Both the position numbers and the translations under genes were made by a program. From positions 1 to 64,000 of the forward strand of contig DF237344.1 in the NCBI GenBank assembly GCA_000708835.1: 64,000 nucleotides of DNA, in the 5' to 3' direction. The notes under the pieces are model-generated. The model saw only the letters and a program-made list of their open reading frames with translations, was not told the origin of the DNA and made no database searches. This document shows, one piece after another, positions 37,609-48,864 of this stretch. Positions within the stretch are counted from its first letter, which is position 1. Every line of letters starts with the position of its first letter. Origin of the DNA: Klebsormidium nitens. Its lineage: Eukaryota > Plantae > Klebsormidiophyceae.

Positions 37609-40600
37609 TTATTTGACATTCACCAACTCCACATCGAACAGCAGCGTAGCGTTCCCAGGAATGTCGGGAGGGGCACCTCTAGCACCGTACCTGCAGATTA
37701 CAGAGGCGCGGTAAGACTTGAGAATTCAATCAGTCTTGAGTACACAATCAACAACGGGTTCTGCGCACGGCCGGACTGGGATTTGGAAATCCGCAAGGAC
37801 CAAGATAACCTTCAAAGAACTTTCAAAGAACGTCCCCGAACCATATCGACCACAGGGCCTACAAGCGATTCGTGAACAGTACAGGCGTTCTACCCGCACC
37901 GTGAACAAAAAGTTGCAAACCGGGCATCAAAGCATTACACCTAAGCTTCGAAGAAGCAGTTTAGAGCTGTACTTGAAAGAAGACCAAGCATTGGATTCAG
38001 CAGGGCGGAGAGCTTACCCCATGGATGGTGGGATCGTGAGCCTCCTCTTGTCGCCGACTCGCATGCCTGCAAAGGTCGCATGCAAGGTCAACAACTCTGT
38101 TGCAAATCAAACCAGGACTTTGACAGGTGCAAGACTCTGAACTTGCAAACCACCTCGTTTCTCGAGATATCTGAATTGTTGCTCGCTTTACAAGTAGTGA
38201 ACCACCCTTATGGTGAACCACTACTTAACGAACCCACCTCATAAAGGAAAAAGACCTTCCTTCTAAGCCGTCGATCCCGTCGAAGCGCAATCTCTCAAGC
38301 CGCTTGACAAGGCCACACCCAAAGCAATTCTGCAAACCTGAACCGACCGGAACCCAAGCGCTCAACAGGAGAAGAAAGGACGACCTTGAATCGAACATCG
38401 CAAGACGAGCTCTCACCTTCGATGCCCTTATCCCAGCCCGATATCACCTCGCCGATCCCCAACCGGAACGAGAACGGCTTCCCCCTTGACGCGTCAAACA
38501 CCTTGCCGTTCTTCGCCAGCTTGCCCACATACTGCATCGAGATCCGCTTCCCCTTTTCCGCCCGCTTTCCGTCCGGCCTCCCCATCCCTAGTTCCTCAAT
38601 CTTGAGCCCGTTGGGGAACTCCCGCACCGTGCCCTTGCCCCCCTTCCCGGCCTTGGGCGATTTCGCATCCGCGGGGGGCTCCCCGCCCTGCTTCTTCTTC
38701 CCCCCCGCGTCGACGCGCTTCTCCTCCACCGCCGGCGCCTTCTCCTGTGACGTCACTCCCGTCGCCTGTGACGTCACCGCCTTCTTCTCGGCGACCGCCG
38801 CACCGTTGGGCGTCTTCTCGGCCTTAGGCTTCTTTTCCGCGGTAACCTTTTCCGCCCCGTTCGCACCTTTTCCGCCGGGCGTCTTCTCCGCTTTCCGCTT
38901 CTTTTCTGAGACTGCCGGAGTGGCCTCCCCTCCGGTTTTATCTCCCTTCGGCGTCTTTGCCGCTGTTTCTGAACCACTCGCCTTGGTCTTTTCTAGGGCG
39001 GGCGTCTTAGCGGCGGCTTCTGCTTTCTTGTTTGGTTTAGGCGTGCCCTTCAGACCACCGTTGCCGGCCTGCGACGCCTCGTTCTTCGTCTCCCTGGAGA
39101 AGAAGCCCTTCTTGAGAGCCAAAACTTTTCGTCCATATATCCTCTTCTCTCCCTGCTCCATGTGCTGCCTGACGGAGAGTCTCAAAAGAACCTTGAAACT
39201 TAGCGAGAAAGCGTAGATAGACTTGCTGAGATTCGCCAGGTCTAGTATCTGAAGTGGCCCATTACGCTGTTTTGAAAAGATCTAAGTTCTCGAAGACAAG
39301 TGGCGCCCCTGAAACTTTGGAGGGAAGTTTCACAATTGGACCGTGGTACTCTGGATAGATTCCAGTTCCGTGGAAGATTCTGAATGAGAGCCAGTACTGA
39401 AGTGTATTTTTGTGCTTAGGGGATGTCGGCATCTTATTTAGTAGTGATCGTGGGAATGAAGGGTCCCAGGCCACGTCGCAGATTGCCGTGGCTCTGTGCG
39501 TTTATACGGGGGTCTGGTCACAGCGGATGCTCATAGACCCAGATACCAAACGCAGGGCGGGGAGTGATAAACCAATGGAAGCGTCGCGAGAATAAAGTCT
39601 AGGAGCAAGACAAAAGAGTACAGACCCCAAAACGTCCAGAGCAGGTGACAACTGATATTACGAGCAGAAAAGATGCGGGTAGAAGAGGCAAGGGAATAGA
39701 ACTGGGTTTCGCAATGATACGAGGAAGCGAGGACAGACTGACCAGATTCCGTTCCAATTGAAGCGTCCGAAATCGCACCAGCTCCGTGAGTCAGAACGAG
39801 ACTAGCGCGAAAAATAGCATGAGACTTAAGATATTGCAGATTGCAGGAACGAGATCTTTGACGGATGGTTTCAATCTCGTTGTAGCTGACCGACTCAACT
39901 GAAAGTTGTTTCCAACCAGAAAGGCCGTAAAATTTCAGAACCGCTCACCCCTCGACAGCCTGCTTCTTAGCCGCCGGCGCCTCGATCTCGATCTTGTGCG
40001 CTTTCCGCTTGTGGTGCCGCTCGAAGCCGTCCTCGTCTTCTTCGTCCGATTCGGACTCTTCGTACGTTTCGGACACAATTGGGTTCGCGCGTATAATCGG
40101 CAGCGCGCCGACCGCAGCGTCGTCTGTAATCTCCTCGATCCGCACTGCAGAGACCGGAAAACCATTACGCGGTTAGCACCAAACCTTGACAAACTAGGTT
40201 GAGGAGCTTCATTTGCGGCGGACACATTCGGGTTGAAGTAAGATCTACTGATGTCGAGGCACCTGGCAGATCTTGCAGGAGAACCTTTGTCCTACCCCAC
40301 CCAATAAAGCTCCTTTTGTGAGTTACTTTTTGATATTGAATGAAAGAAGAACGATCCAGAACCATCGTTTGCTTGTGCCGTCAACCTTAGCTGCGCCGAA
40401 AGCACCATGCCAATGAAGATGCTTACAAGGCAGGACAAGGGGGACCGTTTCTCGGGGGGACTTTCGCCGTTCTAGCCAAAGACCGCCTCTGCAGCGTCTC
40501 GAGGACCCTGAACATACTCAGCTAAACTCCCTACAAACTGTGGCCAATCGACGTCTCCCTGCATCCCATACGGCATGATATAAACGTCGTCTTACGGCCT

Positions 40601-43600
40601 TGATGGACAGGCAGGTGCGTTTCTACCAAGACCTGCTGACGTCAGCACCTCCGAAGCTGACCTAAGCATATACTTCCAGGTCAAGTTGGGGGGTTTCAGA
40701 CCAAGCATGCCACTCACCGCCCTTGTTCCCGTGCCCGATAACCTCGTCTTCTTCCTCTTCATCCTCGTCGCTTTCTTCTTCATCGTCCTCGTCCTCTTCG
40801 TACTCGTCGTACTCAGAGTCATCGTCTTCGTCGTCGAAGTCCCTGCACATTCCAACATAGTATTTGTGAGTAACTAGCAACCACTCTTATCCTGACAAGG
40901 CGATATGACCTCTCCCAATCCTGAAGGGTAAGCGCCTTGAACATAAAGAGCAAACCTTGACCAAAACCTAAACCCAGTGGAAAAAGCTACGCACCCGAAC
41001 CCACCCTGACCCCCTAGCTGACCCCACCCGTCCCAGGGCCTCGACGTCTTCCTTCACGGAGCTCATGACTTCAAAACCCCCGAATTTTTGCTGTATCGGC
41101 CCTTCAGCTCACAACGCAAAGCTTCATAGCTATGTAGATTTGCTGTATCTTATAAATTGAACAATCCAAGACCACGTACTTCAATTGGACACAAATAGCA
41201 TAAGGACGATTTTCGATTACACTGCTGCGAAAGAAATTCATAGACGTACGCGTCTCTGTCTTTGTCACGCTTGTGGAGGGGCAATATCTAATACAACTGG
41301 AACGCGTCGTCAGGTTGGAACATCTATGATTGGACTACTTGCAATGACTGGCAAGGTTGCACGTTCATAGAAAATCGGTGTGATCGTCGATGGTAGACAA
41401 CGCTGCAAAAACATGGCCAAATTCCCCGACAAAGCTCTCAGAAAGGTATTGTTGCCAGGCCATAAGCGCGAGAGGCCTTCCTACAGCCTTTCGAGATGCT
41501 CGAAGACATGGTTCATAAGCACCAAACAACCAGCATGCGCTAGACCTTGCGGATCAGACTGACGTGCAAATTTGTCGAATCCGCAGCGGCGTGCTTGCGC
41601 ACAGCCCTGGGTAGAAAGCGACGGTTCTCATCACATCCGCAAGACCCTCTAGCATCTTTAAACCAGACCAGTAAAGCAAGCCCAAGCCCCAACGTTGTTG
41701 GGATCGATTCCAAAACCACAAGCTTTCAGAAAGGTGATGTAACAGGAAAACACCTTGTTGTGCTGCGAGACAAGGGATAATGCAAAGAAGCGAAAAACTG
41801 CGAGGCGAATGACTTCAAAACCCTGCACCAGATCTCAAATGGCATACAACGTCGTCCGAACGACAATGTCATGCAAAATTAAGAGCTGTCAGCAAAAACT
41901 TGTTGAATTTGGCCAAAGCCAGCAGAACCGGAGCGAGCCAACGTCGTTCAGAACAGAAGCTCGACATGACTAGCATCCACCAAGTGCAGCTCAAAGCTGC
42001 GGCATCGAAGGTTTGACGACCATAACAAGATGCTGAGCAACACGCTTGGCTATCGCTGCGCAAGCATTACCAAAACTTAACAAGGAAAGGGAGCAAACCA
42101 ACAAATGTGCGGGTGCTTTTAAGGACAAATGAAAATGCGCGATCCAACAGGCCCCGAAACTTACCACCGAGTGTGCATAGGATGCCCGTGGGAATCCTCG
42201 GAGGGATCCACGTACATGTCTTCTCTGCAGAGCAGATAGAACCGAAGCTGCCCCCCCTTTCCATTTATGCCATCTTTGCACTGTTCTCATCAATCAACGG
42301 CCCCCGACTGAGCTATCGAACGCCTCACAGAGTCGATGATACTGAGCCGAAATTGAGAGACTGCGCACTACGGAAATCCTGAATTGCAACAATTACCAGC
42401 TTGAGATAAAAACAGCTGCTGGCATCGTCGTCCCAAAACGGCAAAGCTTATGCTCTACTGAGAATACTTCCAACTTTGCAATCAATGTGAACGTTGGACC
42501 CATACATCAAAGAGTCGAAACAACTTGGGGGCCGAAAAGGAAACAATCTGGGCGACTAAAACGAAGGCTGTACGATAAAACCATGCATCTCACTGCCCGA
42601 CGTTGGCAGGCACACCATAGCAAGGCCTCAAACTTATACGGGACTCAAGATTTCACTGAGCAAAGGCACTAGTTTTTACTTCGACAGATGATAGCCCTCA
42701 ACAAACTCCACACTCTTGAGACATCCTAATCAACCAGCATTATCAGAAGAGCATTGCAGCCAATGATTATCAGATCTTTCTCTGTACTGTCAGACAAAAC
42801 AAAGTCTTCAATTTTCAACAAGGATTCAAAGACCATCATGTGATTACGCGGGCCAAGTCAATGTTCGCTGCAACTTTAGTAAGACAAGACGTTTCAAAAA
42901 TTCAACCCCTCAAGATGCTCAATAAGACTCACTCTTCCCCGTACTCGTCAAACTCATCGTCCGTCTCCTCCTGCGGCTCGATCGGCATGTAATACCCCGT
43001 CAGATGCACGCTCGTGCTCCCCGTGACTGAGAACACGACGTCATCCGCAATGATGATGTCGAGGCTGCATGACTCGGTGGCGCCCCCCGTCAGAGACGCC
43101 AGGAAGATCTCCGGGTTGTCGCCGACCTTGCACTTGACCACCGTGCGCTCGCCCTGTTTGGGGTTCAGCCCCAGAACCGCCTGTAGGGAGGAGGCGTATA
43201 ACGTGGATTCAGGAATAGTATTTAAAGAGATTCGCAGCATTGATGAATGGACGAAACTCCAGTATGGTATGAGGTGCGCTGCGCTGCATGGGAGGAAGAC
43301 CGAGGAAAGCCTGCGATCAAAATCATTATTCACACCTTTTGCAACGAAGTTTGTCATAACCAGGCTTAGAGAAACGGCGCGCTCAACAAGCATGGCCCCT
43401 GCTGGTTAACCAACCCTGAAGGTTGAGAGATCCATATGTTATCCTCGGAAGATCACAGCTTGGGGGCAGCATAGAAAGCTCCGCGTGAAGGAAGAAGCTG
43501 ATGCAAGGAAACATGGTAGCAATAACCCGTGCTTCAGATATCTCCATAAAGAATGCTGTTTTCAATTTCAAAACTTTAAATACAAACAAAGAAACCAAAA

Positions 43601-44596
43601 ATACATTAGAAAGCAGGGATCCTCTACCAAAATAACGTTTTTCCAAGGCCTGGCGACATTTGCACACTGATGTAGCATACGCAGCAACAAATGTTGGTCC
43701 CTCTTGTCTCCAGCTTTGAGAATCAGCCAATGTTGGGACTCCGAAGCACAAGGAAAAGCTTGTTCAAATGAAAAGAGTCTCAAGAACAGATGTAGAGAGC
43801 ACAGGGCGAAGCTCCTCACATTGGACAGGTGCAATTGGCTCCCAGTGCCCTCTGTTGGGATCTGCCGAAATGGCTTCCCAGGCTTCAACTCCACACCTGC
43901 ATAAAAAGCAAACGGTTATTGCCGGTAGTTCCACATCCCAAGGACCTCTACGCTTCCTTCGAAATCTTTGCAATGATGGGCGACACTAAGAAGCAGAAAA
44001 GACACTTTCCTACTCCGATCGAATAAACTTTTGGATCAGTTTTTCGTGGGTAACTACCAGCTGCTTTCGCAGTTTGACAAAATGTGGTGACATTTAGATC
44101 TTCTGAGAAAATGCATGAATGGTGGTGGTCGCAAGAAATAAACTAAAGAGATGTATTGCTGCACCAGAACTGACGATCATACAGACCAATGCTCTAAAGT
44201 GCGCTGTCAATTGAAGATGAAAGAAGATATGAAAGTGAGAGCATTGCGCAGATTGTTGTAGTTTCTTAACTGGTAACGGTATCCAAGTATTTGAGGAACC
44301 CGCTCTCTGAAGCGCATGGGATGGTGGACCTTGTCCGGATTGTAAATCAATACTAGAAGTGCAAGATGAAAAAATACTGCTGATATGCTATACTACCACC
44401 ATACTCGGCTGCACAGAGGAGGAGGTTTTAAAGCAATCAATTTTTCCGAAGGAGGCAGGCAGCAACTTTCCTTTGAAATATCCAGCAAATCAAACTCTTT
44501 GCAGGTGGTGCGGGTGTACTGTGGAAATCACAGTCTGTAAGCACTCGTGCTCAAATAAGACATAAGAGAGCCGGCCTGCTCACCCCAGAATGCCAT
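37609..44596 (-). CDS. FKBP53: Nucleoplasmin-like domain + FKBP peptidyl-prolyl isomerase (FKBP53/Fpr3-4 type histone chaperone), about 488 aa, 8 exons
   Basis: Exons 44596-44584, 43896-43820, 43180-42933, 40842-40718, 40144-39949, 39093-38417, 38066-38018, 37690-37609 (1467 nt). MAFWGVELKPGK N-terminus, acidic tract, Lys-rich linker, then FKBP domain YVGKL..[54 protein letters not shown]. The symbol denotes family, not proven orthology. Confidence 0.92.
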
Positions 44597-45544
44597 GTTG
44601 AAAGCGCCCGCCCTTCCAAAGAGTAGACCAGTCCACAAGGAGGGTTTCCTCAGCGCACAAGCAGGCAGTCGCCTTTCTCCTAAAAATTTACAAGTAAAGA
44701 AAAGTAGCGCCAGATGCCAACGCATGCGCTAGCTGCAACTTCAAGGGCTGATCTGGACCTGAGGAAAGGTTTTGTGTTCACTTTTTCAGATGATCCCCCG
44801 AGGCGTCCAGACTCCAGCGGGGCAATACCATCCCCCGAGGATCCTAATAACCATTACCGTCTTATCGGCGTCGAACCCGTCATCAATTTCAAGCCCAAGA
44901 TTTTGAACCAAGAGGTCGATGACTCCTTTACCACCAGGTCCTCAGAGCAAGCTCCGGCGAGCACAGGTGACGATCCCCATTGCAGTCCAGAGACTTCGCC
45001 TCCTTAAGTCCTTGCACAAACTGCTCTGAGTCTTTAAGTCTAAAGCTGAATTTCAGAAATCAGCCAAAGGTGTCTGCAAACAAGCCGCCAGCATCTTGCC
45101 ATTGTCTGGATCTCAGCTGCTTCATAGCCCTTTTCTGAGTTCGGAACGGGAACACTGTATTTTGTTTTAGGACGTTTTTCTGTTGTCAGTTGTGGGCCAA
45201 GCTTTTGCCCCGCCTGTCATCAGACGTTCAAGTGGCGGCATAGCAAATACTACTACTTGTAGTTAGAAAGCACTATGATGATCTGACCTGCGTCGGAGGC
45301 CTCGTTATGATCAACTCAACCGTAGGTTTTGAGAAAGGTCTTTGGATCACCAACCACTACTCACGAAGGGGAACCAGACATACTGGGGAGTGGGGTTCCT
45401 TCGCAGCTGGTTCATGTTCTGCGGGCCGGCAGAGATTCGCATCCAGGGCTAACTACAGAAGGACAGGCGCTGAGTGGCACGGAGGCCAAAAGTCGGGGGG
45501 GGCTAAGCAGGGGGGACTTAAGATTGGTCATCTGATTAGGGTTC

Positions 45545-47890
45545 ATGGTGAGATTCTTTTCTCGCTTTTGGACCCTGCACTTCTTCTTGGCAAGCTTTTC
45601 TCTGCCCTGCCTTTTCAAGAAGTATTATATTACTGACGCCCTGGTAGTGCTGCATGCATCGCTGACTTTCCGAGTGTGCCTCCTCTTTGCGTTGCCTGGG
45701 CCTCTCCAGTAGTTCCTTCATATGTCTGATCATCACGCTGTAGGAGATCATGTTGTTTCGAAGTTTTCTGGACAGCAGGTTGTAAGGTTGGATTTGACTA
45801 GTTCTGCTGGACTGTTTCACACACGTATGGTTCAATCCACTTACGCAAGAAAGGGTGGGTTTACTTATCAACCTCTTGAGCATACCTGGGGTCCTGATCG
45901 AGGGCGTGTCAGAACGCGACAAAAATTGCTCACCGTACTAGATGCTGTCCGCAATTATACTAGTCTTACCCCCTTTATATGACCTCATAATCAGGTTCAA
46001 ATAGAGATTGCCGCATCTCATGCTGTGCTTGATTCAGAGATTCTGAAATGTGGAAACAATCTGGTGAGTCCTTGGTTTTGGGCTCGTAAGCGCGCATTAC
46101 TTTGCGACGCCCTACTTAAGTTTTAGATGTTCCGGTTGATTGAGTTTTAGTTTCTCAGAGTTGTTGCGGACACTCTGATCAAGACTGTGTTTCAAACGTT
46201 CTACATACGCCAATGAGTATCGTACATAACTGCCCCTTCTGCGGCCGATACCTTTCGCACGCGGCCGGCATGCCCCAAACTTCAGTTGGAAGCGGTTAGC
46301 CGACTGCGTTATCTTTGGTCGATTAAGTCCGGAGCTCATGTCTGCTTGCCGTGCTTTAGATTCATCAGAAACTAAGATTTGGTCAGAAAATCGTACAGAT
46401 CTATCCTGCAACCTGGCTGGTCGGTGAGTAAACAAATCCAAAGTTCAGAGGAGGGCAGACACTGCAACCCAGAAATTTTCAGTGTTGCGGCCCGGAAACC
46501 CCACGATGAAGTAAAGCCATTTGACCTTCCCTTCCTGCAGGCTAGTAAAATTATTGCCAACCTCCTTGTGCTGGGGGGTGGTATCTTAGTACGGGCCGTC
46601 TCGCAAGCATACCGGCAGGCTATCATAAGTGAGTTCCTTCACTTTCTCCCCTTTCTCCACTTTCATCCGCCATCTTCCCCAACACTTTCCTAGACAGTTG
46701 TTCGCAGAATTCGGTTTTATTTCGATGCAGATCTTACATAGGCGTGATGTCAGGGTCAAATTTTTGCACGACTGTATCATTCTCAAAGCAAGCAAGATTG
46801 GGATGTTCAAGACGGTTGTTGTTGCTGTCGCATGTGGCGTTTCTTTTTGGTGACACGGGTCTGTTGTCCTTGAAAGTAAGAGGCGCGACTTTCTTCCACC
46901 GCAACAGCCATAAGATAGACTATGTCAGGGCGCTTTTGCACTCTTCTTGTGGGAATTATGATTGGCCATTTCGGCGGCTCTCCCGATGTTCGTTGAAACC
47001 CTTTATACGTCTGTTTTCTGTTTGCCCCCTGAAAAATGACGGAGGGCGCCGATTTTCGTCATATCTCTGTAATCTGCCTCTTTCAAGGTTTCTGAACGCC
47101 ACAGACTCGAATCTTGCATCCTAGTGCTTTTCGTTCTCAGCCTATTCAAACTTGCTGCTTCGTTGTCTTCCAATTGTCGACGGTATTTTCCTTTGTAGAC
47201 CACATCAGGTGCTTTTTGGTTCTACAAGGATGTCGAGTGTATTCACACTGCCCCGTGTGCTGTGCAGATGGCACCAAGGCGGGCGTCGCAGAGCAGGTTA
47301 AGAACACGGTGGGGCGGGGCAGCAAGACGATGAGCTTGCACGAAGCGCGGCAAGTACTTGGGATCAAAGAAGAAGCGTCTTGGGAGGAGATTGTCAAGGT
47401 AACCGCTCCTTTTACTGATGGATGTTCTGTGCTTTTATTGACACGAGGCGTCTTAATTATGCATGTTGGCCTGTGGAAGCTGAAAGTTGCAACAAAGTGC
47501 TCTTACTCCCAGAAGGCGGACAGCCACAGACTAGAGTCGACGACAAAAATCTTTGCCTTAAGATCTTGATTCAGTTACCGGATTGTGAGGACATGGTTCT
47601 TCCGTTTCCATGGTTCGATCTGCTTTCCGCTCCCCATCGAAGCAACTCTTCCATAACGGCGTAAACTAGTCTCGTCTGTAGCCGTGCTGTTTTTACAAAG
47701 GCCCCGAGTCTCTGTCTTCTGCATGAACCAACGGACTGAACACTTCCTGCAGAGATATGAGCGGCTATATCAGAGAAACGAGGAAGGGGGCTCCTTCTAC
47801 ATTCAAAGTAAGGTTGTTAGAGCGAAGGAGGCGCTGGAAGCTGTCCAACAACAAGCGAAGGACAGTGCTAGTGCTGGAGGAAAGACTTGA
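45545..47890 (+). CDS. PAM16: Mitochondrial import motor subunit PAM16/Tim16, about 119 aa
   Basis: Exons 46541-46628, 47268-47398, 47753-47890 give ASKIIANLLVLGGGILVRAVSQAYRQAII..MSLHEARQVLGI..SWEEIVKRYERLY..GGSFYIQSKVVRAKEALE. The start codon is tentatively the ATG|gtgaga at 45545-45547. Confidence 0.88.
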
Positions 47891-48304
47891 GGTTTTGGCA
47901 ACCATGCATTTTTTACCCTCAATTATAGCAAAAAATAAGTTTACCGGTTCGTTAAGTTCGTCGGGGATACACGCGCTTCAAAGTTTCGCGCGCAGCCTTT
48001 GTCACTTCATATCCTCAGTTCAAAGACGTGCAGGCATGATGTAAAGTTGTGCATACGCACAAGCTGCTTAACGCCCTACACCAAGCTAGAGACTTGAGGC
48101 AACATGTGAATCGATGGTTCTCAATTGAGAATCAATGGGCCTTGTGCAGGCTCATATGATGCATATAACTCGCGAAAGTGTCACGTTCGACTCCCAGAAT
48201 CAAATGATTGAACATACCAGGTAAGCGCACATGGGAATGCAACAACCTATCATTCAGCTGGTGTCGCCACATGTCCGACTCCTCGATCGTAATGCAAGCA
48301 GAAT

Positions 48305-48344
48305 CATGCATCCGATTTTTGAGATCTCAAGAATCGGATGCATG
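48305..48344. repeat. 40-bp near-perfect palindrome
   Basis: CATGCATCCGATTTTTGAGA|TCTCAAGAATCGGATGCATG; one mismatch, which is a G-U pair in a + strand RNA. Confidence 0.85.
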
Positions 48345-48864
48345 CGTGATCGATCACACAGCATTAATATGAGCATGTTCAGTACTAGCACATGATCGGT
48401 ACGTGCATGGAGTCGATCATCCTTATTCGGCGCGTGCGCCATATGACGCTCTTTCACAACAATTCAAGCAAAGAGGCGCAGCTAAAATATGTTATCAACA
48501 TGGGCCAGAATCATGAGAGCTGTTGGTACATGTTCGCACCAGCAGAAGTGCGGTCGGACATGTCCGACAGAAATGACTATAACCATGCAAGCTACGAAAT
48601 TAATTTGGTGATCTGTACGAAGGACATCATAGGTACGTTCACACATGGGTTCGAAGTTTTGAACGTACAAAACCGACCAAATTGTATGAAGTAGGTACTC
48701 CAACTGCCACTGGTCGTAAAAACGAATAGCTGAATACCTATGTCTCCATTGTACACAAAAGTTAGTCCTCCGACACCAAAACATTTTATGCCATCAGTAT
48801 CTTATAAAACTCGACTCTGCTTCAGAACATTTCCATAAAGTGTTCTTACTTTTCGCTACTGTCT

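Noticed and set aside
38386-39216. 276-aa + strand ORF
   Set aside because: Antisense to the Lys/Glu-rich FKBP exon 6.
45277-45288. ATGATGA..CTGA as possible C/D snoRNA boxes
   Set aside because: The boxes are adjacent with no room for a guide region and no terminal stem.
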